Virus record (IMG/VR): IMGVR_UViG_2778261087_000003
DNA: 64,000 nucleotides
Source of the DNA: a virus
Taxonomy: Duplodnaviria > Heunggongvirae > Uroviricota > Caudoviricetes
Strand: one strand, 5' to 3'
Below the pieces are notes generated by a model. The model worked only from the letters and a program-made list of their open reading frames with translations. It had not been told where the DNA came from and made no database searches. Position numbers and translations under genes: made by a program. Within the stretch, counting starts at the first letter, position 1. Every line of letters begins with the position of its first letter. This document shows, one piece after another, positions 51,746 through 61,612 of the stretch.

Positions 51746-52561
51746 ATGAGCAAAAACTTTTTTCAATCCGGGGCATTTTTGGGGAATGGACTGTCCCGTT
51801 TCGCTTTGAACTCTGATCCTGTGCAGCTGATGGAGTCTGCCCGAGCAAGCGCTGAACCGCCAACAGATCCGGTTATTAATAATAATCCGGAACCGGCGGC
51901 ACAGACTAACGATAACGTTCCATCTGCCCCGGCTCCTGAGCAAATCCTGGAAGGGAAAGACGGTAAAGAATGGACCGTCGAACAGGCGCACCAGATGATT
52001 CTGGAAGCTGCAAATCGAAGTGCTATGCAGAATGCGTTGAGTGATGCGGCCGACGCCGTTTTCGCCTGGGCTGATAGCGGTGATCTGACTTTCGACTCCC
52101 TTGATGGTTTCGTTCAGGCTATCGCTGGTATCTCTGATGACGACGACTCCGAAGTTACAGAAGAACAGGACGATGCCTATAACGAAGCATGGGCAAATGT
52201 TGCTGACTTCCTCGCAGCATGCGGTGTAGATGATGACCTGATCGAAGCACTGGCTGACGATGAAGACGACGACGCAGCTGCTGATGTTGGTGCCTCTATC
52301 GCTGGTTTAGATAGCGACGACCGCGACGAACTGGAAGCGGCGTTTGTTGTTGCTGGCACTTCTGATGAAATGCTGACTGAAGCATTTAAGAAGGTTGTTC
52401 GTAATGGTGAGATCAAACTCATCCGTAAACGCCTGCGTAAAAAACGTCTGACTGCGGCTCAAAAATCGGCGCTGAAAAAAGCGCGTCGAAAAGCCCAGAC
52501 CGGCGCGGCAAAACTTGCCCGCAAAAAGTCAATGAAACTGCGCCGTAAGCGCCTTGGCTAA
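51746..52561 (+). CDS. Acidic protein with highly basic C-terminal tail, 271 aa
   Basis: D/E-rich body and KR-rich last 50 aa. Confidence 0.45.
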   Translation: MSKNFFQSGAFLGNGLSRFALNSDPVQLMESARASAEPPTDPVINNNPEPAAQTNDNVPSAPAPEQILEGKDGKEWTVEQAHQMILEAANRSAMQNALSDAADAVFAWADSGDLTFDSLDGFVQAIAGISDDDDSEVTEEQDDAYNEAWANVADFLAACGVDDDLIEALADDEDDDAAADVGASIAGLDSDDRDELEAAFVVAGTSDEMLTEAFKKVVRNGEIKLIRKRLRKKRLTAAQKSALKKARRKAQTGAAKLARKKSMKLRRKRLG

Positions 52562-52568
52562 AGGAGGA

Positions 52569-52592
52569 GGCCGGAGAACTCCGGCCTTTAAC
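52569..52592 (+). terminator. Hairpin (ggccggag / ctccggcc) followed by ttta, between the acidic gene and the tube-like gene
   Basis: Stem-loop seen in sequence; short T tract only. Confidence 0.35.
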
Positions 52593-52596
52593 TTGA

Positions 52597-53178
52597 ATGG
52601 CACCTATACCTTATGGGGTTTACAGCCAGGCTGACGGTGTATCGCCATTTCTGAAAGTTACTTTAACGAACTCTCAGTACCAGGTTACCGGATATATCAG
52701 CCAGGGGGCAGCAATGAACATGGCCCAGAATTGGGAAGCGCCGTTTACCGGTATGTCCATGGGGTCTGTTGCTGGTGCTTTCAGTGGTTTTGCGCAGGTT
52801 GGTACTGAAACAACGTCGGTGGCCCGTTGGAACAGCTTAATGGTTTGGGAGGGGGGAACACCGCCGACTTTCACGCTGCCAGTAACTTTCATCGCTTTGT
52901 TTGACCCATTCACGGAGGTTTCAGGAGCTATCGCCGCATTGTCAGCGATGATTAGCCCGGAACTTAAAGATGCCAGCATTGGTGGTCGAATCCCGGAGCG
53001 TGTGACGCTAAACATTGGTCGCCGGATCAACATCATTGATGTCGCTATCCAGGACATAAGTTTCGATCTCGATGCGCCCAGGGACAGCAATGGGCATTTC
53101 CTGAAAAACACCGTCAACCTCCAGTTGACCGGTTCTTCGATATATAACAGCTCCGATATTGTTCGGGCGTTCCAGTAA
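52597..53178 (+). CDS. Putative tail tube protein, 193 aa
   Basis: Size and position after the sheath-like gene. Confidence 0.4.
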   Translation: MAPIPYGVYSQADGVSPFLKVTLTNSQYQVTGYISQGAAMNMAQNWEAPFTGMSMGSVAGAFSGFAQVGTETTSVARWNSLMVWEGGTPPTFTLPVTFIALFDPFTEVSGAIAALSAMISPELKDASIGGRIPERVTLNIGRRINIIDVAIQDISFDLDAPRDSNGHFLKNTVNLQLTGSSIYNSSDIVRAFQ

Positions 53179-53189
53179 AAGGATTTTAT

Positions 53190-53699
53190 ATGGGGCACAA
53201 TAACACTAAGGGAAACCGTAAATTTATTAAGGGCCGCTATACTGCCAACGCGGCCAAAGGCGAACGACTGGTATCTTCTGAATTCCAGCTCACTTTTGCA
53301 GGCCATGAAGATATCAGCGTACTGGTTCGCACGTCGCAAATTCCTGAAATGACCCGCGAGGATGTGGAGGACTATGGTCCGAATGGTGTGAAGTTCAACC
53401 AGCACGGTCCAATTCGAAACTCTGGGGAAATCCAGGTCCAGTGCGTGGAGACTATCGAAGGCGATATTCTTCAGTTCATTAAAGATCGCATTGCGGCGAA
53501 GGACTATGTTGATATCACGATGGCTGCGACCCCTGAATCCAAATCTTCCGGGGTTAACGCTGTGACAAAAGCTGCTACAACAATTGAAATGTTGGACTGC
53601 AAAATCTACAGTGATGCAATCGACTTTAGTACCGAAGATGTGACTGCCGCTGTGCGCCCGTCACTTCGTATCGTCTACAACTGGATTGAGTGGGATTAA
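53190..53699 (+). CDS. Hypothetical 169-aa late protein
   Basis: ORF followed by a strong terminator. Confidence 0.4.
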   Translation: MGHNNTKGNRKFIKGRYTANAAKGERLVSSEFQLTFAGHEDISVLVRTSQIPEMTREDVEDYGPNGVKFNQHGPIRNSGEIQVQCVETIEGDILQFIKDRIAAKDYVDITMAATPESKSSGVNAVTKAATTIEMLDCKIYSDAIDFSTEDVTAAVRPSLRIVYNWIEWD

Positions 53700-53718
53700 G
53701 AGTCATCCCTTGTATTTT

Positions 53719-53745
53719 AAAGCTCCTTCGGGAGCTTTTTTATTT
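53719..53745 (+). terminator. Rho-independent terminator
   Basis: agctcc-ttcg-ggagct hairpin followed by tttttatt. Confidence 0.7.
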
Positions 53746-53815
53746 GGAGAGGAAAGGGTGCATTGAGGATACCTGACACACGAAGAGTGGCGAGGATCTC
53801 TCCCCGCTAGGTCTC

Positions 53816-53971
53816 TTACCTTTCAGATTCGTAGGCTGTGAAGACAGTGACCTCCGTCTGGCCGGTTCGGATTCGTACCTCGCAGAGGTCTTTCCTCGTT
53901 ACCAGTGCCGTCACAATGACGGTTAAACAGATGACGATCAGAGCGATTAACATCGCTTTTTGCTGCTTCAT
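53816..53971 (-). CDS. hok: Hok/Gef-family type I toxin, 51 aa
   Basis: MKQQKAMLIALIVICLTVIVTALVTRKDLCEVRIRTGQTEVTVFTAYESER; AGGAGAAG RBS; missed by the 60-aa ORF track. Confidence 0.9.
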   Translation of the reverse strand: MKQQKAMLIALIVICLTVIVTALVTRKDLCEVRIRTGQTEVTVFTAYESER

Positions 53972-54029
53972 AGCCTGCTTCTCCTTGACCTTTTGGTCGG
54001 TAAGAGGCTAATCTACGTATGCTAAGCAT
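53823..54029 (-). CDS. Mok-like overlapping reading frame (translational coupling frame for hok)
   Basis: 68-aa track ORF starting upstream of and overlapping hok in another frame, as in hok/mok/sok loci. Confidence 0.5.
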   Translation of the reverse strand: MLSIRRLASYRPKGQGEAGYEAAKSDVNRSDRHLFNRHCDGTGNEERPLRGTNPNRPDGGHCLHSLRI

Positions 54030-54152
54030 AGATATGGCCTCAGATTAATGTTAAGCGTCTTGCAGGACGCGTAATGTTATCTGGGGCTTTCTTCTATCTG
54101 CTTTTCGGGTAATGCCTGAAGCAGATAGCCTCAAGCACCCGCAACGATTGTA

Positions 54153-54398
54153 TCAATGTCTGGCTTTTTTTCTATAGAAATCACCTGGAAGGGTGAATAT
54201 CCACATCAGAAGAAATGTTGCAGCAAACATGATCCCTAATGGCCAGACCGCGCCAAAGAAAATCCATACTAAGATCTCCTCTGCTCGTTCTTTGCGGTCG
54301 ATATCGACAAGCATTTTTCGGCTGATCATGTATACACAGAAGCCAATACAAACATATCCTGCAAAAGCGATCGCTAACTGTAAAAAATCAGATTGCAT
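54153..54398 (-). CDS. Small two-helix membrane protein, 81 aa (internal start of track ORF 54153..54479)
   Basis: Hydrophobic segments LAIAFAGYVCIGFCVYMI and ILVWIFFGAVWPLGIMFAATFLLMWIF. Confidence 0.4.
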   Translation of the reverse strand: MQSDFLQLAIAFAGYVCIGFCVYMISRKMLVDIDRKERAEEILVWIFFGAVWPLGIMFAATFLLMWIFTLPGDFYRKKARH

Positions 54399-54429
54399 CT
54401 CCGACCTCAAACTGAAAACGCCAGGTGAC

Positions 54430-54446
54430 TCCAGATTAGAGCAATC
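54430..54446. promoter_or_regulatory. C1 operator-like half-site downstream of repL
   Basis: ATTAGAGCAAT core only. Confidence 0.35.
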
Positions 54447-54448
54447 TA

Positions 54449-55294
54449 TCACCCTCTGAATCCTGCCGATATACCCCATTGTTCGTTATCTTTATTTTTG
54501 GCTAAAACCGCATTAAGAGCTTCGTTTACCGTCATGCAATGCGGCAGATTATCGAAGTTTGATACCCCGCCAATATCAGGAGAACGCTTGTTCTTCAGGT
54601 AAGCATATTTCCGCGCTGCCGCCTCTACTTTCTGCTTGAACTCATGTTTTTGAGCGCGTTTTTTGGATAACCGCAGATTGTCAGCCTTTGCTTTTGCCTC
54701 AGCGATCCAGGAAGTCAAATTTTTGAGCCTGGTCGTTCCGGCACCGCCGGAAACTGATCTTTCTGTTTTTTTAACTTGTGACTTCTTATTCTTTATTGCC
54801 ACGTCATCCTGACAGGGGGAGGGGGTATCATTTTGACATGGGGGTGTGGATAAAAAATTAAATAAAGCCAATGTCTTAGCGAGAACAGCTTTAACCTTGG
54901 TTGCCGCTGAAGAGATCTTTAATTTGCTTTCAATCAGCGCATTTTTGGCTTGTTGTGCGAAGGCCAAAAATGATGGTGTAAACCGGTACAGGTTAGCGCG
55001 ACGTTCACGGTGATCGCCGATAACAATCTCTACAGACAGAATTCCTTTGTTTACAGCTTCACGGAATGCACGAACGACGGTTGATTGGCTATAACCAGTT
55101 TCTGCCGCGATCAGGCGGTGAGGCTTGTGAATGAAGTATTCACTGGTTGTTGCCGCGAGATTTGCACATTGCGACAGGATATGCCCGGCGCTACGGGATA
55201 GACCGGAGTGTGTTACAAAGCAGGCCAATTCATAGCCAGAAAAAGTAAAATCGCTCATCGTTATACAGCTCAGGAAAGTGACTTTAGCCAGCAT
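54449..55294 (-). CDS. repL: RepL, lytic replicon initiator, 281 aa
   Basis: 281 aa, directly downstream of kilA under a C1 operator. Confidence 0.8.
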   Translation of the reverse strand: MLAKVTFLSCITMSDFTFSGYELACFVTHSGLSRSAGHILSQCANLAATTSEYFIHKPHRLIAAETGYSQSTVVRAFREAVNKGILSVEIVIGDHRERRANLYRFTPSFLAFAQQAKNALIESKLKISSAATKVKAVLAKTLALFNFLSTPPCQNDTPSPCQDDVAIKNKKSQVKKTERSVSGGAGTTRLKNLTSWIAEAKAKADNLRLSKKRAQKHEFKQKVEAAARKYAYLKNKRSPDIGGVSNFDNLPHCMTVNEALNAVLAKNKDNEQWGISAGFRG

Positions 55295-55323
55295 TACAAT
55301 GCTGGTGGTTCTTACTACGTCTG

Positions 55324-56124
55324 TTAGCGCGTTGCCGCGACAGGTACCAGCACACCAGCATCAAGCAATCGCTTCATCAGCCACTGCTGACCTTTGCCGG
55401 TTATACGAGTCGTGAAAGAAATCCTGCTTCCATTGCTTGTATCGATCACGGTTTCTTTAAGGGTGAAATACCCACGGGATATGTATTCTTGTTTGGGGAC
55501 GTTCCTGCGTTCACCGGTTGCGATCAGAATTCCGTTATCACGCAACCAGGTGAAGAGATAGTTTTGGCCCAGGCCGAGCACTTTGGCATAGTTGCCGATT
55601 AGAACCCCGCTGGCGGTAGCAACGCGTTCGGCGAATTCGACTTTAGGTGCATCCATCAGCATTTTTTGCTCCAGCCGTTGCTTTTGCTCTGCAAGGTCAG
55701 CAGCCAAACGGAGAGCTTCTGGGAGGCTCTTCGGAATAGCAGGTTGTAATCTTCCCGCTCGATAGTCGATAAATGTCTGGTTTACCTTCAGCCGAAACGC
55801 GGGAGAAATCCAACCAGCGTACTCCACTGCGAGCAATTCATGGGCAAAAGTGCCGCCGCCACGGCCTTCGAACGAAACTATGCAATTCTGCATAGTTTCT
55901 TTTTCAAGCTCTTCGATGAGCTGTTTGGCTGACAGCGTTCTTAGCCATTGAGCTGGCGCTTTATGGGCACCGAGTCCGCTCGCTCTGTGTAGAGCATTAA
56001 GGTTGTAACGGCCAGCGCGGTCGGTCGTAATTTCAACACCACAAATAACAGGCAGAGTGGTTGAAGGATCGACATTTTGATGAAGGTTTGATATATTCAT
56101 ATCCGCATTGAATGTTTGTTGCAT
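55324..56124 (-). CDS. kilA: KilA (KilA-N domain plus Ant-like C-terminal domain), 266 aa
   Basis: 266 aa; C-terminal 150 aa paralogous to the Ant C-terminus. Confidence 0.8.
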   Translation of the reverse strand: MQQTFNADMNISNLHQNVDPSTTLPVICGVEITTDRAGRYNLNALHRASGLGAHKAPAQWLRTLSAKQLIEELEKETMQNCIVSFEGRGGGTFAHELLAVEYAGWISPAFRLKVNQTFIDYRAGRLQPAIPKSLPEALRLAADLAEQKQRLEQKMLMDAPKVEFAERVATASGVLIGNYAKVLGLGQNYLFTWLRDNGILIATGERRNVPKQEYISRGYFTLKETVIDTSNGSRISFTTRITGKGQQWLMKRLLDAGVLVPVAATR

Positions 56125-56193
56125 TTTTTCTCCAAATTTGCATCAACCTTCAATCACCAGCTCGAAATGGTGATTCTTTGCACTTAGAAAACG

Positions 56194-56210
56194 AAATTTA
56201 TTAGAGCAAA
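56194..56210. promoter_or_regulatory. C1 operator (Op53-type) upstream of kilA-repL
   Basis: AAATTTATTAGAGCAAa, 16 of 17 match. Confidence 0.65.
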
Positions 56211-56287
56211 TTTTTCTGACTCGATCCAGATCGGGTTGGTCGATCTGCTCAGAAACCTGCCAGTTTGCTGGCAGGTTTTTTCTTTTG

Positions 56288-57331
56288 TTAACCTATTGCT
56301 ACTGGTTTTAACAAACCAGCATCAAGTAGCTTGCGAGTTAACCACTGCTGGCCTTTACCCGTTAATTGGGGCGTCAGCCGTATCTGGTAGCCATTTTCAT
56401 CATCCAGCACCACTTCTTTCACCGTGAAATACCCGGCGTTAATGTACTGCTGGCGCGGTACGTTTTTGCGCGCACCAAAAGCCATGAGAATGCCGTTCTG
56501 GCGCAACCATGAGAAAAGGGCGTTTTGCTTAAGTCCAACGACCTTTGCAAAGTTCCCGATCAGGATTCCATTAGCCACTGATACCCGGTCGGCAAAATCG
56601 ACTTTAGGGGCTGCGGCCACCAGCTGTTGTTCCAGCTGCAATTTCTGTTCTGCCAACTCGGCAGCCAGGCGTAGGGCTTCTGGTAATGTTTGGGGGATCG
56701 ATGGGGTAGGGGAGTTTGCCTGCTGCAATTCTTCCAGTTTGTCGATCAGCGAACGGCGGACCGCTTTCGATTCGCGCGCGGCGACTCGCAGGGCTTGTTT
56801 GTAGGTCATGGTTATGACAACCATAGGCGTACCGCCACCTGGCGGCACGGTTGCACTTTTTGTGTAACCGTCCTCACCTTCTAATTCGTCGAGTATTTTT
56901 TCGATGAATTTGTTGTTCCGAACCTCTGGTTCCCCACATAACTTACGCGCTTCATTGACCATCTTTAACAGTGTCAGGCTGTCGATTGTGTCTCCGGTGG
57001 TGGGGATGACATTCACGGCTGGTGCTGGCGTTGCTGAAGCAACAGGTGCTGGTTTTTTAACATTCAAATTATTACTGGTCATTCTATGTGCCTCCTTTCT
57101 CATTTCTGCTGCCACCGTTGCGTAACGTAGACGTCCTTGTTCAATCAAATAATCCCTGATCTCGGCTATCAGTAGCCTGTTGATCACAGCCTTATCTGTT
57201 CGGGTATAAAAACGCCTGGTTATCATGAAATAGTTGGCAATTGCGCCGGGGATCTCCCGTGTCGGTATACAGGCAGTATGCAGGGCGATCGCTTCGGCTA
57301 TGTCATTACGGGTGACGAGAGGTTTTTTCAT
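56288..57331 (-). CDS. ant: Ant antirepressor, 347 aa
   Basis: 347 aa; start overlaps the icd stop. Confidence 0.8.
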   Translation of the reverse strand: MKKPLVTRNDIAEAIALHTACIPTREIPGAIANYFMITRRFYTRTDKAVINRLLIAEIRDYLIEQGRLRYATVAAEMRKEAHRMTSNNLNVKKPAPVASATPAPAVNVIPTTGDTIDSLTLLKMVNEARKLCGEPEVRNNKFIEKILDELEGEDGYTKSATVPPGGGTPMVVITMTYKQALRVAARESKAVRRSLIDKLEELQQANSPTPSIPQTLPEALRLAAELAEQKLQLEQQLVAAAPKVDFADRVSVANGILIGNFAKVVGLKQNALFSWLRQNGILMAFGARKNVPRQQYINAGYFTVKEVVLDDENGYQIRLTPQLTGKGQQWLTRKLLDAGLLKPVAIG

Positions 57332-57549
57332 AAACCCCCCTGAACGTCGGCAGAGAAGGGGAGGCTCCAGTAACTAAGTGAATTGCGCGAGTTAGTTGAA
57401 AAACGGGCAGTAAAAATGCAGGGGCCATCAGGCAATTGAGAGCGTGCTTCGTCTTCAGTTGCTGCGATAACGAAGTGATAGTGGTGTTTTTTACAGGAAT
57501 AGAAACGCCAGATGAATTCTGGGCGTGCGCAAGGATTGGCATTAACCAT
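57328..57549 (-). CDS. icd: Icd, interference with cell division, 73 aa
   Basis: 73-aa ORF overlapping the ant start. Confidence 0.65.
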   Translation of the reverse strand: MVNANPCARPEFIWRFYSCKKHHYHFVIAATEDEARSQLPDGPCIFTARFSTNSRNSLSYWSLPFSADVQGGL

Positions 57550-57559
57550 AGTTACGGCC

Positions 57560-57860
57560 TCACAATCAGGTTTAACAACCTGCTACCCGCTGCTAAACAG
57601 GTGGCAGGACGTGACGGGGTTAGCAGACTGGCGATTGTGAAACCAGCAGGCCGAAGCCTCCCCATCACGCCCCACCATAATTTGGGCGTAACGCGGTTTT
57701 ACGGACACAAAAATACCGCAATATCGGATATCTGCGGCTGTCCGCACAATCATTCAGGCTGCTAAACCCGGTCGCAGAATTTGCTACGACGGCGGAACTA
57801 TAAGCCTGAACGATTAAAAGGTCAATATGATGCGAAAAGATAGCATTCGTGACTTAAAAA
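57560..57860 (-). ncRNA. c4: immI leader expected to contain the c4 antisense RNA (boundaries not resolved)
   Basis: ORF-free 300-bp leader between the operator at 57864 and icd. Confidence 0.3.
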
Positions 57861-57863
57861 TAC

Positions 57864-57880
57864 AAATTTATTAGAGCATT
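57864..57880. promoter_or_regulatory. C1 operator (Op51-type) at the head of c4-icd-ant
   Basis: AAATTTATTAGAGCAtt, 15 of 17 match. Confidence 0.55.
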
Positions 57881-57976
57881 ATCTGCTTAATAAATACACA
57901 ATTGGATCTAATAACCTCTTTTTTTTAAAGGCGAAAATATGTACCCTAAATGGGTTATAAGGCAGGTGAGGTTATA

Positions 57977-58108
57977 ATGAGAAAACTATTACTATCGTTA
58001 TTATTTATGGCTGGGACTGTTAATGCAGCATCAAGCGTAAAGGAGATTTGTACCGATTATACGAAATACCTTTGGCAAGTTTACGCCTTTGCGATCAATG
58101 ACTATTAA
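57977..58108 (+). CDS. Small secreted peptide, 43 aa, first gene of AT-rich island
   Basis: AGGTGAGG RBS; signal-peptide-like MRKLLLSLLFMAGTVNA. Confidence 0.4.
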   Translation: MRKLLLSLLFMAGTVNAASSVKEICTDYTKYLWQVYAFAINDY

Positions 58109-58129
58109 TCCATGCGTAGGAGTGGATTT

Positions 58130-58447
58130 ATGCTGATTCGTTTGTTTTTAGTGCTTTCCTTTTTAACATTTAATGTTTTTGCTGATGAAGTTGACTTTTC
58201 GAAGGTAGATTGTAATTCAGTGGAAACAAGAAAAGCTCTTATTGAAGAATATAACGAAATATTATCGTCATATGGAATAACAGTGGTTGATTCTTATAAT
58301 CAAAAAACTATTCAGAAAGGAATAAATAAACTGGTCTGTTATGGGGTTTACCAATATTCAGATGGCTCTTCGGAGTATGTTATTTATAAAGCATACCCAA
58401 ATAGTCTTGGTGAATTAATTAGTGAGTTTAAACCGATTAATGAGTGA
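58130..58447 (+). CDS. Secreted small protein, 105 aa
   Basis: AGGAG RBS; signal peptide MLIRLFLVLSFLTFNVFA; about 30% GC. Confidence 0.5.
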   Translation: MLIRLFLVLSFLTFNVFADEVDFSKVDCNSVETRKALIEEYNEILSSYGITVVDSYNQKTIQKGINKLVCYGVYQYSDGSSEYVIYKAYPNSLGELISEFKPINE

Positions 58448-58454
58448 ATGGAAA

Positions 58455-59234
58455 ATGAAATTATTTAATGTAATAACATTTTGTTGTGCTGTTTTTGCTG
58501 GAAGCGCGATAGCTGATAATAAATTGCCAGATTGGCTTTCTACCTCAAAGAAAGATTATGATTTAGTAAGGGCATTCTATTTGTCTGGATTTGCTTCGAA
58601 AGCAATGAACAATCAATTTGGTTATCATTTGCCATCTGAGTTGGTTAATGATTTTAAAGATAATGAATTTGCTGCTCAGGAAAAATGGAACACAATTCCA
58701 ATTGTGTATGGTGAAATAAAATCCATAAGAATGGTGAATAATAAACCAATTGTAGAGTTATTTACTCCAGGGGAAAATGCAACGCCACTAAATTATATCA
58801 AATTGAAAATATTGGATTCAAAGCAAGACTCTCTGTTAAAACTAAAAAAAGGGGATGATATATATGCAGTGTGCTCAGGTGCTAATTTTAGCTTAGTGCC
58901 AATTCTGAGCAACTGCACTCCAGCAACAGACGTCATTGATGCTGCACTCTCTTTTTCTGGTGAATATATGTTCCCTGCTTTTGATTCTTTTTCACCTACT
59001 AAGCAAAACGTCAAATATATATTCACAAATCAAGATCCTGTTCAGATGATGAATTTTATAGGGTACCTATCCTTAGTCGATACAACGAAGGATAAGAAAA
59101 AAATGGATATGGTTCGTAAGTGTACGCCTTGGAAGCCGGAATGTTCACAACAATTCGTTGATGTAATGGAAGGATTTGATAGCATCATGTATAAATATGA
59201 GGGAGAATTTAAAAATTACATAGAATTAAAATAG
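58455..59234 (+). CDS. Secreted 259-aa protein; candidate Sim-like superinfection-exclusion protein
   Basis: Signal peptide MKLFNVITFCCAVFAGSAIA; island adjacent to immI where P1 sim maps; identification by position only. Confidence 0.4.
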   Translation: MKLFNVITFCCAVFAGSAIADNKLPDWLSTSKKDYDLVRAFYLSGFASKAMNNQFGYHLPSELVNDFKDNEFAAQEKWNTIPIVYGEIKSIRMVNNKPIVELFTPGENATPLNYIKLKILDSKQDSLLKLKKGDDIYAVCSGANFSLVPILSNCTPATDVIDAALSFSGEYMFPAFDSFSPTKQNVKYIFTNQDPVQMMNFIGYLSLVDTTKDKKKMDMVRKCTPWKPECSQQFVDVMEGFDSIMYKYEGEFKNYIELK

Positions 59235-59271
59235 TATTTGAAAGGATAGTCAATTTAAGTTTTAAAAAAAA

Positions 59272-59300
59272 ACGCCCATTAAAGGGCGTTTTATTGTTTT
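59272..59300 (+). terminator. Rho-independent terminator after the AT-rich island
   Basis: acgccc-atta-aagggcgt hairpin followed by tttattgtttt. Confidence 0.6.
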
Positions 59301-59392
59301 ACTCAAAACAACCTGATTATGTGATAACCATATCATATCCCTCATTCCACCTACACTGATTACCCCCCCAGACAACAATATTCCTACTCAAT

Positions 59393-59415
59393 GAACAAAT
59401 GACTACTCGTAGAAT
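59393..59415 (+). promoter_or_regulatory. Late-promoter-like motif (GAACAAATGACT-N5-TAGAAT)
   Basis: Same motif as 27728 and 48308. Confidence 0.4.
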
Positions 59416-59422
59416 CGGTTAA

Positions 59423-60013
<591 letters not shown>

Positions 60014-60023
60014 GAGGGCTGAT

Positions 60024-60635
60024 ATGGGGTTTAATGTTGCTTCAGTAAAGTCTTATGTATCTTCGGCATTAACGACGACATTATTTGGCTCCGGCGTTGG
60101 TGAACGGGAAGTTGGTAAGCTGACGTCAATCATCATGAACAAAATGCTGTTCGCGCAAGGATGGCAGTTCTCTGTCGAAGTTGATGGACTGGAGGGGGCA
60201 GACTTCTTTGCCAAAGACATTACCTACCACGATTACAGCATCGAATATGAAACGATTAAAATCGGCGGAGGGAATATCCTTCAACCAACGGAGCGTTCGC
60301 CTGGGCAGATAACAATGATGGTCAGGGATACCGTTGATGGCCTCGTTTTGGACTGGTTTAAGACGGCAAAAAGTCGGGTGATCAATCCGGACGGTACCGG
60401 GAATATACCGTCTAAATATTTGCTCAATGTGCGTATTTATCGGTTGCTGTCTTCCGGCTTAACCAAACTGGAAAATGAGATGACGGTATTCCCGGTCACT
60501 ACCGGCGATGTCACCTATGCACGAGATCAGGTTACTGAATTTAAGTCATTCCCAATGACCTTCGCATTGCACAGCACGTTTAACCAATCCTCAAGTTCTT
60601 TGGCTTCCCTTCTGGGCTTTAGCTTTTCTCTTTGA
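60024..60635 (+). CDS. Hypothetical late protein, 203 aa
   Basis: ORF in a tight operon. Confidence 0.45.
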   Translation: MGFNVASVKSYVSSALTTTLFGSGVGEREVGKLTSIIMNKMLFAQGWQFSVEVDGLEGADFFAKDITYHDYSIEYETIKIGGGNILQPTERSPGQITMMVRDTVDGLVLDWFKTAKSRVINPDGTGNIPSKYLLNVRIYRLLSSGLTKLENEMTVFPVTTGDVTYARDQVTEFKSFPMTFALHSTFNQSSSSLASLLGFSFSL

Positions 60636-60649
60636 ATTAAGGAGCAAGG

Positions 60650-61531
60650 ATGCTTTTACCTCTTTTCCCGCTACCATCGCGGCCAACTGAATTGATCCAG
60701 TTCCGTCAGCCAAATATTGCTGATGCGATGCGTTTCAACTCGATAACACCGGAGGAACAAGAACAACAGACAACGGCGTATTTAAAAGCCTTGCTGGCTG
60801 AACCCGCGAAACATGATCCCCTGACATGGACGGCGCAGGACCGGATTACCGCGTTATGGTGGATATTTACCGGCTCCCGTGAAACACCGGTCGAGACATT
60901 CACCTACACCTGTAAACATTGCGGTAAAGAGCATTATTACGATTGCGATATGAATGCTCTGGCTGAAGATATCCAGGTCCTGGAAGTGGAACCTTTCATT
61001 GACGATATTGAGGTGTCTGTAGAGGGAGTACCTTATCAATGGCGTATCGTGCCGCTTGATGGTTGGGCAATGGAAATGCTGGAGATGCGCCGTGCAGCAT
61101 TGCCACCTGAAGACGACGCGGAATTCAAAGAAGCGATCGTTGATTTGCGTTTTTGGGAATTCGCTTATCAGTGTGAGCTTTATAACGATGTTAGCGGTAC
61201 TCGTGAAGATCAGGCCGAGCGTCGTTATGAAACGATTAAACGGATGGCCATTGATACTGAATTTATGAAGCTGGCGGCACACATCCGACTGGCTCATGAA
61301 AAGCTCGAACATGGTTTACCGTGCTACATCGATAAAGGTGAAATGCGTCTTCGTCTCCCGCCGCATAAATGCCCAAACCAAGATAAAAAGGAGTCCACAG
61401 AGGGTGCGTATACCCGTCTGTGGGTGCCCTTTCGGGCTACCGACTTCATTCCACAGGTGGGGATTGAAAAGCTATCAGACCTTAGTGTCCAACCTGGTTT
61501 TGTATGGGGGTATACCGATTCAGGACGCTGA
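60650..61531 (+). CDS. Hypothetical late protein, 293 aa
   Basis: ORF in a tight operon. Confidence 0.45.
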   Translation: MLLPLFPLPSRPTELIQFRQPNIADAMRFNSITPEEQEQQTTAYLKALLAEPAKHDPLTWTAQDRITALWWIFTGSRETPVETFTYTCKHCGKEHYYDCDMNALAEDIQVLEVEPFIDDIEVSVEGVPYQWRIVPLDGWAMEMLEMRRAALPPEDDAEFKEAIVDLRFWEFAYQCELYNDVSGTREDQAERRYETIKRMAIDTEFMKLAAHIRLAHEKLEHGLPCYIDKGEMRLRLPPHKCPNQDKKESTEGAYTRLWVPFRATDFIPQVGIEKLSDLSVQPGFVWGYTDSGR

Positions 61532-61612
61532 AAGGCTCACTGAATCCTATGCGTTTTTCCTGTTGGAGAAGCTGGAAGAAAAACTTAAACCGAAACGGTA
61601 GGCGATAAGATC

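Noticed and set aside
53823-54029. Treating the 68-aa track ORF as an independent protein-coding gene
   Set aside because: It overlaps the Hok toxin frame almost completely; it is kept only as a mok-like coupling frame, not as a separate functional protein.
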